48,988 nt of DNA from Pseudobacteriovorax sp. (GTDB lineage: Bacteria; Bdellovibrionota_B; Oligoflexia; Oligoflexales; Oligoflexaceae), in the NCBI GenBank assembly GCA_050293845.1, contig JBNKNM010000021.1:1-48988 (forward strand), given 5' to 3'. The translations under genes and the position numbers were made by a program. This document shows positions 39,399 to 48,491 of the stretch, one piece after another (position 1 is the first letter of the stretch; each line of letters starts with the position of its first letter). The notes beneath the pieces were generated by a model. It worked only from the letters and a program-made list of their open reading frames with translations. It had not been told where the DNA came from and searched no databases.

Positions 39399-39851
39399 TT
39401 ATTTTGTTTCTAATGCCCTAATTTTATCCAAACGCTGTTGATGCCGGTGGCCTTCAAAGGGGGTATCCAACCAGATACGCACTAGATCTTCGGCTCGGTA
39501 CCTGTTCAGCACCCGTTCTCCAAGACAAAGTATATTTGAGTCATTGTGGGCTCGGCTCATACGCGCCGTGAATTCATCCCAAACGACCGTCGCCCGGATT
39601 CCCTTCATCTTATTTGCGGCAATGGACATACCTATTCCTGTCCCACAAACTAAAATACCACTACTTATATTTTGATTGGCAATATCTAAAGAAAGTGCTG
39701 ATGCATAGTCAGGGTAGTCAACCGAAGTAGAATCTTCGTATGGAACCCCATAGTCTTTAACTTCTAGAGGGATGGTCTTCAGAAATTCTGCAATATAATA
39801 CTTAAGTTCTCGACCTCCGTGATCGGAGGCGATCCCAATAATTCTATCCAT
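39399..39851 (-). CDS. rpiB: Ribose-5-phosphate isomerase B
   Basis: ASDHGG, VDYPD, CGTGIGMSIAANK, HNDSN, GHRHQQR. Confidence 0.96.
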   Translation of the reverse strand: MDRIIGIASDHGGRELKYYIAEFLKTIPLEVKDYGVPYEDSTSVDYPDYASALSLDIANQNISSGILVCGTGIGMSIAANKMKGIRATVVWDEFTARMSRAHNDSNILCLGERVLNRYRAEDLVRIWLDTPFEGHRHQQRLDKIRALETK

Positions 39852-39906
39852 TTTTTTCGCGCCTTATAATCCACCATAGGACTCATCATCGAGCCGCCAC
39901 AAGATC

Positions 39907-40152
39907 TTAAACAAGATCTTGTGTTTTCTTAATGTAAGACACCGCATCTTCAACAGTGCGAATTCCTTCTGCTTCTTCATCAGGAATATCTATTCCAAAT
40001 GCCTCTTCCATAGCCATAACTAACTCAACTATATCTAGAGAGTCCGCACCAAGATCCTCAATAAATTTTGCCTTGCCAACAACTGCAGCTTCCTCTACTC
40101 CAAGTTGGTTGACGACGATTTGCTTTAGTTTTCCTTCGATATCTGCAGACAT
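39907..40152 (-). CDS. acpP: Acyl carrier protein
   Basis: [20 protein letters not shown]. Confidence 0.98.
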   Translation of the reverse strand: MSADIEGKLKQIVVNQLGVEEAAVVGKAKFIEDLGADSLDIVELVMAMEEAFGIDIPDEEAEGIRTVEDAVSYIKKTQDLV

Positions 40153-40371
40153 TTAAACCTCCAAAGTGGCATATACAAGCCTAATGTTAAATTAAAGAAA
40201 CAAAATCTAAGGTGGATTGCAAGAGAAATAGTTGCAGGTATAGACACATAGCTGCTTTCACAATTTAAAATGGTATATTGATGCCTAGGTTAGAGGTAAA
40301 TGGAATGATTTTGCAAGAAAATTTGCAATTAAATAATATTTGAAAACAATCACCGCTGATAGAGGTACAAT

Positions 40372-41145
40372 TTGACGGAATTAAATGCAGGACTGGTCAT
40401 AGCTTCCGATATTCATATGCTAACAGCTGATGATTCTAAAGGAAAGAAGCTATTGGCAGCCATCGCACTGATGGAGCAGAGTAATGTAGAATACTTTGTT
40501 TTATTAGGAGATATTTTCGAGTTTTGTCTCGGCCATCACCCCTACTTTCAAGAAAGGTTTGCCGCTATCGGTCAAGCTCTGGAGAGACTAGTCCAATCTG
40601 GCACGAAAGTAATCTATATCGAAGGTAACCACGAGTTTCGCATCGATGGTTTCAATTGGAAGGGTGTGGAGTTCGTTACTGAGGGAAATGCCCATCATAT
40701 CATTCTGCAGTCTGGAGTTTCTTTTCAACTGGCCCATGGTGATTTGATTTATTCCCATAATCGCTACCGGATGTTTCGCAAATTTGTTAAGTCTCGTTTT
40801 GTTACCGCAATAGTTCGGTGGATTCCAGGAGGTCTTATGAATCGTCTAGCTACGGGTTCGGCGCAGATTTCACGGGCGCAAGATGTTCACAGAACAGTCG
40901 ACCATAATGCTATTCTTACAGCCGCTAATCAATGGTTAGCTACAGGACAGGGACAGTATGGATTATTTGGACATTTTCACATTCCTTACGCAGAACCACG
41001 ATCAGATGGTAAACAGGGAGGTTTATTTTCTGTAAAGTGCTGGGATGAACCCAACTTTCTCATCTTCAAAGATCAAAATTTTTATCGCTGGCAAATCGAT
41101 TCCTCTATGACCCTAGAATTATCCCTAGCACAGCCACTACTTTAA
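40372..41145 (+). CDS. lpxH: UDP-2,3-diacylglucosamine diphosphatase (metallophosphoesterase)
   Basis: SDIH, LLGDIFE, EGNHE, HGD, GHFH. Confidence 0.8.
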   Translation: MTELNAGLVIASDIHMLTADDSKGKKLLAAIALMEQSNVEYFVLLGDIFEFCLGHHPYFQERFAAIGQALERLVQSGTKVIYIEGNHEFRIDGFNWKGVEFVTEGNAHHIILQSGVSFQLAHGDLIYSHNRYRMFRKFVKSRFVTAIVRWIPGGLMNRLATGSAQISRAQDVHRTVDHNAILTAANQWLATGQGQYGLFGHFHIPYAEPRSDGKQGGLFSVKCWDEPNFLIFKDQNFYRWQIDSSMTLELSLAQPLL

Positions 41146-41217
41146 AGCTGCTAAGCTAGTAAAGGATTACTAACTTTGATACCCTGAACTAAAACTAATA
41201 ATTGTTTGGGTTAAGAG

Positions 41218-44200
41218 ATGATAATCTATGCTTGGCGCTTCGCACTCGTGGTGGTTTTAATATTGACCGTTTGTATAAGTTTTTGGGTTGGCTCACGCTA
41301 CCCAGCCCTAAACGAAAAGGCAATGATGGCCACCCATGGTACTGTTTCCGATACCATTTCTATGTGGCCGATCCTGAAAGTTCAAGAATCAGATCCTGTG
41401 TTGAAAAAAATTGCTTATACTTCCATCAACTGGGCTAATGATAATAAGAAAGGTATGACCTTTGGTGTTGTTCTAGGGGGACTCTTCTTAACTCTGCTCA
41501 GCTATATTAAGATTAAACAGCGAAGTTCCCGTATGTTAGATACCTTCTATGGGTTTATTCTTGGTTCGCCCATCGGGGTATGTGTTAACTGTGCCGCTCC
41601 CGTATTTAAGGGAGTGCTGCAGTCGCGTCGTGCTGAATTAGCCTTTGCCATGATGCTTAGCTCTCCGACCATGAACATTGTAGTATTAACGATGGTGTTC
41701 ACATTATTTCCCCTATACATGGGGATCATCAAAGTCTTGTTCACCCTGACGACCATCTTCATCGGTGTTCCCCTTATTTCATCATTACTTTCAGAGAGTC
41801 ATGAGCTTAAAGATTTCGTCAATATTGATACCCACAACGAACTTTTAGGTCAAAACTGTGACACCAAGGTTATAGAACCATTTTTCACAGCTTTTAAAGG
41901 CTTTTTAGGTGACATTGTAAAAAATGTATGGTTTATCATAAAGCGAACTGTTCCTCTCATGGCGGTAGCAGGATTTTTAGGGTCTGTAGTATCACATCTT
42001 ATTCCCTTAGATGCGCTTATGAACTCTCAGGGGTTCCCTGTAATCCTCTTAGTGGCAATAGTTGGAACTTTCCTTCCTGTACCCATTGCCTTTGATATTG
42101 TTTTAACCAATGCCTTGTTTACCGCCGGGCTCCCCCCTGAATTAACACTCATACTGCTTTGCACCCTCGGAATATTCAGCGCCTATTCATTTTTAGTTGT
42201 CTGGAACAGTGCTTCAAAACAATGGGCCATGTCTATCGCCGGTTTAGCTATGGTGCTGGGTGTGACTTTAGGTGTTTCCGGCAATACCTTACATAGAGAA
42301 CTATATATCGAACCCAATATCGATAAATATCAGGCTGCCGCCAAGATGATTGAAACGGATAAGACAGACTCCCATATCCCACAACAACAGTCTCCCGTAA
42401 AGCCTCTCAAAACAAAAACTTTTTATGAAGATGATACTGTAACGATTTCGCAAACCTTTCTCTCAGATAAAAAAGACATTTCAGGAAAGTTTCGCCAAAT
42501 CGAAGGCCAAAAGATAGGACTCGAAAGAGGCTTTATTTATGGTATCCGTGATTATCCAGACCCGTTTTGGATCGGTCGTGGTACGGGAGCGGGAGACTAC
42601 AACCGCGATGGTTGGCCCGATATCGCCTTTGGAAGTGATGAAGGCATTAAGCTTTATCGCAACTTGGGCGGCACCTTCCAGAAGGTTCCTATACTCCATC
42701 CTGAAATCGCAGCTATGCGTGTTTATGCTGTTGCTTTTGTTGATTTTAACCATGATGGTTGGCTAGATCTATTCTTTACTACATTTATTGATGGCAACTA
42801 TATTCTTATCAATAATAAAGGCGTCTATGACCAAGCTGCTATGCAAGTACCTAATTACAAGGGAATTCTCACAGTTAGCCCCACTATAGCTGATATTGAT
42901 AGAAATGGTTGGTTGGATATATTTAATGGAAACATGTCTCTCGGTATTATCACAGGTTTTAAAAGCTATGGACAAGGACGTATTAATTCCATTAGCTGGG
43001 GCTTAGAAAGCATGCAATTTAAAGAAACAACCATCGATAAAGAAGACGGTGAAACGATGTCCGCACTACTTGCTGATTTTGATGATGACGGAATGGTAGA
43101 CCTATATTATGCTAATGATTTTATAGTTCCCGATAGGATGTATGAAGGTAACGGAACTCGCCAGCTGACTCCCTGGTCGCAAGATTCCAGCCAGCTAAAT
43201 TCTCCCTTTTTCTCTATGAGTGTGGACACCGGTGATTTCAACAACGATTTGCGCACCGACTTTATTGCAACAGGAACCATTCAAACTAGAGAAGGCTTGA
43301 AAGGTGCCATCGATGGTGTCTCCTATCAGGAATATAGTCAACTCAAAGACGACGTTACCATCTGCGATACCATTGAAAGCGAGCTATTCCGAGAAAGCTG
43401 CATATTAAATCTTAAAACGAATCACCTTATTCCTTTTTATTCTTCAAAAAACTTGAACATCGATGATTGTAAGGCCATAAACGAAGAAGTTGATAGACAG
43501 GATTGTTTGTTATCTGTGATGTGGATGATCGTCACTCAAAATGAATACCAGACTGACTGTGATGTTAAGTTTTCTTTCGATAAAGAAATTCGCCAAGTGT
43601 GCAACCTGTTGCAAGTAGCTCGAAAACCTTACGAACGACCCCAGTTCGCGAAGGATATCCCTCAGGTGGATACGGCACATATTTTCTTAGGGCTTGGTGA
43701 TCATAAATTTTTACCAGGAAACAAAAGAAAAGAAATTTTTGATCATCCTGGTGGCTGGACCTGGAATACCAAGGTCATTGATTTAGATAACGATGGCTGG
43801 CAGGACATATTCAATGCAGAAGGAGCTGTGCGCAAGGGGCAGTTTGGTTTTAATGTTGCCATGCATAATGAAAGGGAGAAGGGCTTTAGTCAGCGTCAAT
43901 TTAGTTGGAACTTAGTCAACAACTTCCAATTGTATTCCTTTGCCGTCATCGACTTCGACTTGGACGGAGACTTGGATATTATTGGTAATTCGTCTATGGG
44001 TCCCATTCAAGTTTATGAAAATCAATTATCATCTAATAACATGATTTCATTAACTTTTGAAAGAGCTCAAAACAATCGATTTTTCATCGGTGGACGAGTT
44101 GTCATTAAGAGTGCATCCGGGACCAAAATGAGAGATATTAAACTTGGGGGTGGCTTTCAAAGTTTTGATCCATCTACAGTTCATTTTGGCTTAGGCGCAG

Positions 44201-44304
44201 ACGAAGCAATACATCAAATCATTCTAAGATCCCCAGAAGGCAAAGAGATGAAATGGGACATCAATTTACCCACTGGCCGTTATCATTTATTTGTTAAGAA
44301 TTAA
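41218..44304 (+). CDS. Permease (ArsP/DUF318-like) fused to FG-GAP-type beta-propeller and ASPIC/UnbV domain
   Basis: About 350-aa polytopic N-terminus with GVCVNCAAP and SSPTMN; seven D-x-D/N-x-D/N-G-like loops; C-terminal GGGFQSFDPSTVHFGLG. Confidence 0.8.
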   Translation: MIIYAWRFALVVVLILTVCISFWVGSRYPALNEKAMMATHGTVSDTISMWPILKVQESDPVLKKIAYTSINWANDNKKGMTFGVVLGGLFLTLLSYIKIKQRSSRMLDTFYGFILGSPIGVCVNCAAPVFKGVLQSRRAELAFAMMLSSPTMNIVVLTMVFTLFPLYMGIIKVLFTLTTIFIGVPLISSLLSESHELKDFVNIDTHNELLGQNCDTKVIEPFFTAFKGFLGDIVKNVWFIIKRTVPLMAVAGFLGSVVSHLIPLDALMNSQGFPVILLVAIVGTFLPVPIAFDIVLTNALFTAGLPPELTLILLCTLGIFSAYSFLVVWNSASKQWAMSIAGLAMVLGVTLGVSGNTLHRELYIEPNIDKYQAAAKMIETDKTDSHIPQQQSPVKPLKTKTFYEDDTVTISQTFLSDKKDISGKFRQIEGQKIGLERGFIYGIRDYPDPFWIGRGTGAGDYNRDGWPDIAFGSDEGIKLYRNLGGTFQKVPILHPEIAAMRVYAVAFVDFNHDGWLDLFFTTFIDGNYILINNKGVYDQAAMQVPNYKGILTVSPTIADIDRNGWLDIFNGNMSLGIITGFKSYGQGRINSISWGLESMQFKETTIDKEDGETMSALLADFDDDGMVDLYYANDFIVPDRMYEGNGTRQLTPWSQDSSQLNSPFFSMSVDTGDFNNDLRTDFIATGTIQTREGLKGAIDGVSYQEYSQLKDDVTICDTIESELFRESCILNLKTNHLIPFYSSKNLNIDDCKAINEEVDRQDCLLSVMWMIVTQNEYQTDCDVKFSFDKEIRQVCNLLQVARKPYERPQFAKDIPQVDTAHIFLGLGDHKFLPGNKRKEIFDHPGGWTWNTKVIDLDNDGWQDIFNAEGAVRKGQFGFNVAMHNEREKGFSQRQFSWNLVNNFQLYSFAVIDFDLDGDLDIIGNSSMGPIQVYENQLSSNNMISLTFERAQNNRFFIGGRVVIKSASGTKMRDIKLGGGFQSFDPSTVHFGLGADEAIHQIILRSPEGKEMKWDINLPTGRYHLFVKN

Positions 44305-44311
44305 GCTGATG

Positions 44312-44340
44312 CCAGCTAGAAAAGAGTTGCTAGCTGGTTT
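44312..44340 (+). terminator. Intrinsic terminator after the permease fusion
   Basis: CCAGCTAG-N10-CTAGCTGG followed by a T-rich run. Confidence 0.65.
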
Positions 44341-45111
44341 TTATTTTGATGCTACCGACATGAGACTACCCTTTTTACAACTCTTAATCTTCTCTTCTTT
44401 CGACAAGAGGTCCAAATCTCGCAGCTTATGCAGCAAGTATTTGGTCCTGCTAATTAATTTGCGTCGTTTATCTTTAATTTCCTCAAGGCTTAATTTTTCA
44501 AGTCCAATATTTCTATAGACCACGCGGCATGCATTGGCAATATCCTTAATATTGAATTCAGGAATATCAGAAAAGCGTTCAATCATAGTCTCATACTCAT
44601 ACCCTGGAACCTGCTTTTGTTGAAGCTCATAGGCCCTTTCCTTGCTATAGTTCGAGATAGGTGCTACCCATAGCTCTGACTCCTTAATAGGATTAGAAAA
44701 CCGAACCCACTTTTTCCTTACCATTGGCTTCTTGGCAAAAGATGGATCGAATATATACTCTTTATTTTTAGGCCCTTTAACCATAGGAGCTACATGCCAG
44801 CCCCACTGCGCTCCTTCCGGCTGTAATCTTCCTACGATATATTGATTATTTACGGGAATTTTTTTAGCAATGAGTTCCATACCTATATACAGAGCTCGGG
44901 CAAAGCAACCGTCTTTTAAAAATGAAAATGGTAAATAATCTATTTCTTTCACCGTATGGTAGGCAAGCTTCACATGATACCGTCGTTCTATGTCACGATA
45001 AGGCTTAGCCACCAAGGGGGATGAAAAACAAAAATTAATCATCATGATTGCTGCATAGATTCTTACTAAGATAGCCATCGTTGACTTCAATTGCTCACTC
45101 CATTTGTTCAA
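44341..45111 (-). CDS. Secreted protein-glutamine glutaminase (protein glutaminase) family
   Basis: DGCFARA, WGWHVAP and IFDPS give a Cys-His-Asp triad; signal-like N-terminus (alternative ATG at 45078). Confidence 0.8.
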   Translation of the reverse strand: MNKWSEQLKSTMAILVRIYAAIMMINFCFSSPLVAKPYRDIERRYHVKLAYHTVKEIDYLPFSFLKDGCFARALYIGMELIAKKIPVNNQYIVGRLQPEGAQWGWHVAPMVKGPKNKEYIFDPSFAKKPMVRKKWVRFSNPIKESELWVAPISNYSKERAYELQQKQVPGYEYETMIERFSDIPEFNIKDIANACRVVYRNIGLEKLSLEEIKDKRRKLISRTKYLLHKLRDLDLLSKEEKIKSCKKGSLMSVASK

Positions 45112-45484
45112 AAGTCATTCTTTCCATTAATCGTGAGTTCAATCTATGCAAGTTACGATCCGGAGATATTTAATCTAATGATCTAAATTTACTTCGTATT
45201 TTTTCTCTTCTTTAAAAATTAGCTCATTTGGGTCAGTGAAATTTTAGCAATTGTTGATTTTACAAGCTAACTCCGACTTTTCTTCGAGTCACAAAGCTCC
45301 CAGGGAGCAAAAGAGATACGGTAAGATTTCATATATAAAAACTACCTGGCAGTAGTTTATCCCCTTTGACAGTTCCCTTAGGTAGGTCTTCACTAGCAAT
45401 AAAGACGTATTTATTATAGAGGTTAAGCGCATTAACTATCTGTAATTATATAGTTATTCCACCTCTTCACCAGTATTTTTCAGT

Positions 45485-45501
45485 TTGGCATTTTTGTTGC
45501 T
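45485..45501 (+). promoter_or_regulatory. Sigma54 (-24/-12) promoter of amtB
   Basis: TTGGCATTTTTGTTGCT = GG-N10-GC, about 45 bp before the ATG. Confidence 0.8.
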
Positions 45502-45544
45502 TAGTGGCACTTGTCCACAACAATAGACGCTAAGGAGCCTTAAT

Positions 45545-46951
45545 ATGAGGTGCTTTGTAACAAGGTTAATGGGGTTTGCCGCTGTAGCAGCACTACTTTT
45601 TGGTATAAGCCAAGCAGCTCTAGCTGCTGACAACGGTCCAACGTTAGAGTTTAGTTTAGGTAATATTTGGATCTTATTTGCTACAACCCTTGTATTCATT
45701 ATGCACTTAGGTTTTTCGACTTTAGAAGCTGGTCTTTCTCAGCAAAAAAATGCCGTCAACATTTTGTTTAAAAACGTCTCCGTACTTGCCATTGGCGTTC
45801 TTTCCTATGCCGCTATAGGTTTCAATCTTATGTATCCTGGAGAAAGCTATAGCGGGGCTCTTTTCGGTTTTGCCGGGTTTGGGGTTAGCACTGATGCTGC
45901 TGGTTTAACAAGTGCTTATAACGCTTCTTATACCTACTGGACAGACTTTATATTTCAAGCTATGTTCGCGGCAACATGCGCTACGATCGTTTCAGGCGCG
46001 GTCGCCGAGCGCATCAAAATTTCGAGCTTCATCATCTTCTCTACGGTATTCGTTTCCATTTGCTATCCGATCGTTGGCATGTGGAAGTGGGGCGGAGGTT
46101 TCCTAGACACCCTTTCCACTCCATTTTATGACTTTGCAGGATCTTCCATTGTGCACAGTGTTGGAGGCTGGGGTGCTTTAGCAGGAGCGCTTCTCCTAGG
46201 ACCAAGATTAGGAAAATATCTAGGTAACGGCGTGGTAAAGCCCATTTATCCCCACAGTATGCCTTTAGCAACATTAGGCGCTTTCTTGTTATGGTTTGGT
46301 TGGTTCGGATTTAACGGCGGTTCTGTGCTATCAGCTGATCCTGGTGCTATTTCAAAAGTCTTCGTGATGACAACTATTGCTGGTGCAGCAGGTGTTATCG
46401 GATCTATGATTGCCACACGCATCTTACTACATCACCTTGACTTAACTATGGTACTCAATGGAGCTTTAGCCGGTTTAGTCGGTATCACAGCAGGGGCCGA
46501 CCAAATGGGAGTGCTCTCCGCTACAGTGATAGGACTCATTGCCGGTATTTTGGTGGTAGGCTCTGTTCTGCTCTTAGACAAAGCCCGCATCGATGACCCT
46601 GTTGGGGCTATCTCCGTTCACTTGGTATGTGGCATATGGGGAACTTTAGCTGTGGGTATCTTTGGTGATCTTGCTTCACCATCACAGTTTGCATCCCAGC
46701 TTATTGGTGTCGCTGCTATTGGGGTGTTTTCTTTCGCATTTGCTTTTCTTACATTTTATGTTCTGAAAGTAACAATGGGCATTCGCGTGAGTGAAGATGT
46801 TGAAAAAGCTGGTCTTGATAATGTTGAACATGGGCTTTCAGCTTATCGTGGCCTCTACCTCATGATGAAGCAAGAAAGCGAGGAAGCCAAAGAGGAGCTT
46901 TCTAAAGCTAATAAAGTTGGTAGTAATAAAGAAGTTGCCTATATGAGCTAA
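45545..46951 (+). CDS. amtB: Ammonium transporter
   Basis: FQAMFAAT, SGAVAER, DFAGSSIVHSVGG, LWFGWFGFNGGS, NGALAGLVGITA, DDPVGAISVH. Confidence 0.97.
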   Translation: MRCFVTRLMGFAAVAALLFGISQAALAADNGPTLEFSLGNIWILFATTLVFIMHLGFSTLEAGLSQQKNAVNILFKNVSVLAIGVLSYAAIGFNLMYPGESYSGALFGFAGFGVSTDAAGLTSAYNASYTYWTDFIFQAMFAATCATIVSGAVAERIKISSFIIFSTVFVSICYPIVGMWKWGGGFLDTLSTPFYDFAGSSIVHSVGGWGALAGALLLGPRLGKYLGNGVVKPIYPHSMPLATLGAFLLWFGWFGFNGGSVLSADPGAISKVFVMTTIAGAAGVIGSMIATRILLHHLDLTMVLNGALAGLVGITAGADQMGVLSATVIGLIAGILVVGSVLLLDKARIDDPVGAISVHLVCGIWGTLAVGIFGDLASPSQFASQLIGVAAIGVFSFAFAFLTFYVLKVTMGIRVSEDVEKAGLDNVEHGLSAYRGLYLMMKQESEEAKEELSKANKVGSNKEVAYMS

Positions 46952-46974
46952 AAAGGGGGGCTTCCCCTTTTTTT
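46950..46974 (+). terminator. Intrinsic terminator after amtB
   Basis: AAAAAGGGG-ggctt-CCCCTTTTTTT. Confidence 0.85.
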
Positions 46975-47013
46975 ATATATATCTTTGTTTTTTCAGTAGC
47001 TTTCATGATTCAT

Positions 47014-47041
47014 TAAAATTCTCACACAATTTTTCCGATAT
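47014..47041 (+). promoter_or_regulatory. Sigma28 promoter upstream of the PilZ gene
   Basis: TAAA-N16-TCCGATAT. Confidence 0.7.
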
Positions 47042-47059
47042 ACCTCCTTAGGAGGGTCC

Positions 47060-47398
47060 ATGGAAACTTCAGAAAATAAGCGAAATTTTTTTCGCATTAT
47101 CTATCCCTATGGGGAAAATCCGATACTAAATTTGAGTAGGAATAAATATCCGGTACTGGATATTTCAGAAGGTGGTTGCTCATTTGTTATTAGACCTGAG
47201 CAAACCTTTTCCCTAAACCAACAAATAAACGCCACCATATTATTCCATGGCAGAGGCACAGAAAATATTAAGGGGAAAGTGGTTCGGGTGGTGGGCCGAA
47301 AAATATCGATTAAATTTTTGTCGCGTGTGGGAATATCACTGGCCCGTATCATGTCCGAACAGAGGTACCTCATAAGAAAACATAAAATGTCGTCATGA
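47060..47398 (+). CDS. Stand-alone PilZ-domain c-di-GMP receptor
   Basis: RNFFR (RxxxR) and DISEGG (D/NxSxxG); AGGAGG RBS. Confidence 0.88.
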   Translation: METSENKRNFFRIIYPYGENPILNLSRNKYPVLDISEGGCSFVIRPEQTFSLNQQINATILFHGRGTENIKGKVVRVVGRKISIKFLSRVGISLARIMSEQRYLIRKHKMSS

Positions 47399-47447
47399 CT
47401 GCGATTCTTTGCTATCTTATCCCCACATTTTCGTAGGGGAATTTTTT

Positions 47448-48491
47448 ATGAAAAAACTTATCAGCCGCAAAAAAAAAACCTACTCCATTTCCGCACCCTT
47501 TGACCAGTATCTTCGCTATTTCAACCGCAGCTGCCGCCTCCCCTTAAGATATGAGGAGCTACTAAGATTTTCCGATTCCTTTTCGCTCTATGATAAAAAC
47601 GGTGAAGACACCCTTTGGGTCAGCGTCAGCTATGCTCCATCTGAACAACGGGAAGTTTTTCGCCGGCTGCTGAAAATTTATGCTTACTTGCGCGCTGATG
47701 GTAGCACTGAAAACCTCAAGCATCTTATTGTAGACAGAGTTGATCTATGTCTTTATGGCAATACAAAACCCTTCCGTATACGTATCGTTAATACGTTAAA
47801 TGAAAATTTCGATTATTTTTATATCAAAGAGGCCGATGCTTCTCGGCTATATGGTCTCGAATTGGAACACATTCTTTCGCCCAATCGTATTGGCTTTATG
47901 TACTTTGAAAATACTCTCGTAGAAGAACATATCTATGGTATCCCCGGCGATGTTTTTACCAAAAAATACCTCCAAGATCCCCATAGCAATAAGGTAAGGC
48001 TTGCCAAGGAATTTGTGAAGTTTAATGAGCGATGCTTCATTCGTCTTCTTGGTGACATGCATGCAGCTAATTTTGTCATTGATGTTACTATGGACTTTGA
48101 GGAAAACTATTATCGTATCCGTGGTATAGATTTTGACCAGCAAAGCTATGAAGGTAATAAAAAAGTATATCTCCCGCAATTTTTTTCTCAAAATTATGCT
48201 TACGTGCGCTTAGCCATGGATCATCTTACTCCTGAATCCATAGAGCAGTATCAAAAAGAAGAACAATCCCTCATCCGACAACGGATTCATTCATCTTCTT
48301 ACCGCTTATGTCGGCTTCTAGAAATTATGCGCAACGACTCTATAGCTCCTTTTACTCACGTTACTGCACTTTCTAGTGCACTCGCTGAGCAATATCATAA
48401 TAAAGATTTTTTAAAGTGCCGATCAATGGGTGAAATTGTTGCGCGATCATTGATCCAAATTGAAAAGAGTCTTTCACATATCATTTCTTAA
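47448..48491 (+). CDS. Hypothetical protein with atypical (HipA/PI3K-like) kinase motifs
   Basis: YFYIK, ELEH, GDMHAANF (DxHxxN), IDFD in kinase order. Confidence 0.6.
   Translation: MKKLISRKKKTYSISAPFDQYLRYFNRSCRLPLRYEELLRFSDSFSLYDKNGEDTLWVSVSYAPSEQREVFRRLLKIYAYLRADGSTENLKHLIVDRVDLCLYGNTKPFRIRIVNTLNENFDYFYIKEADASRLYGLELEHILSPNRIGFMYFENTLVEEHIYGIPGDVFTKKYLQDPHSNKVRLAKEFVKFNERCFIRLLGDMHAANFVIDVTMDFEENYYRIRGIDFDQQSYEGNKKVYLPQFFSQNYAYVRLAMDHLTPESIEQYQKEEQSLIRQRIHSSSYRLCRLLEIMRNDSIAPFTHVTALSSALAEQYHNKDFLKCRSMGEIVARSLIQIEKSLSHIIS

Noticed and set aside
40300..40316. Sigma54-like TGGAATGATTTTGCA upstream of lpxH
   Set aside because: GG-to-GC spacing is 9 nt rather than the required 10.
47469..47478. 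Poly-A tract as a phase-variation site (also A9 near 5554)
   Set aside because: Both are in frame, encode Lys runs, and are expected at this base composition.
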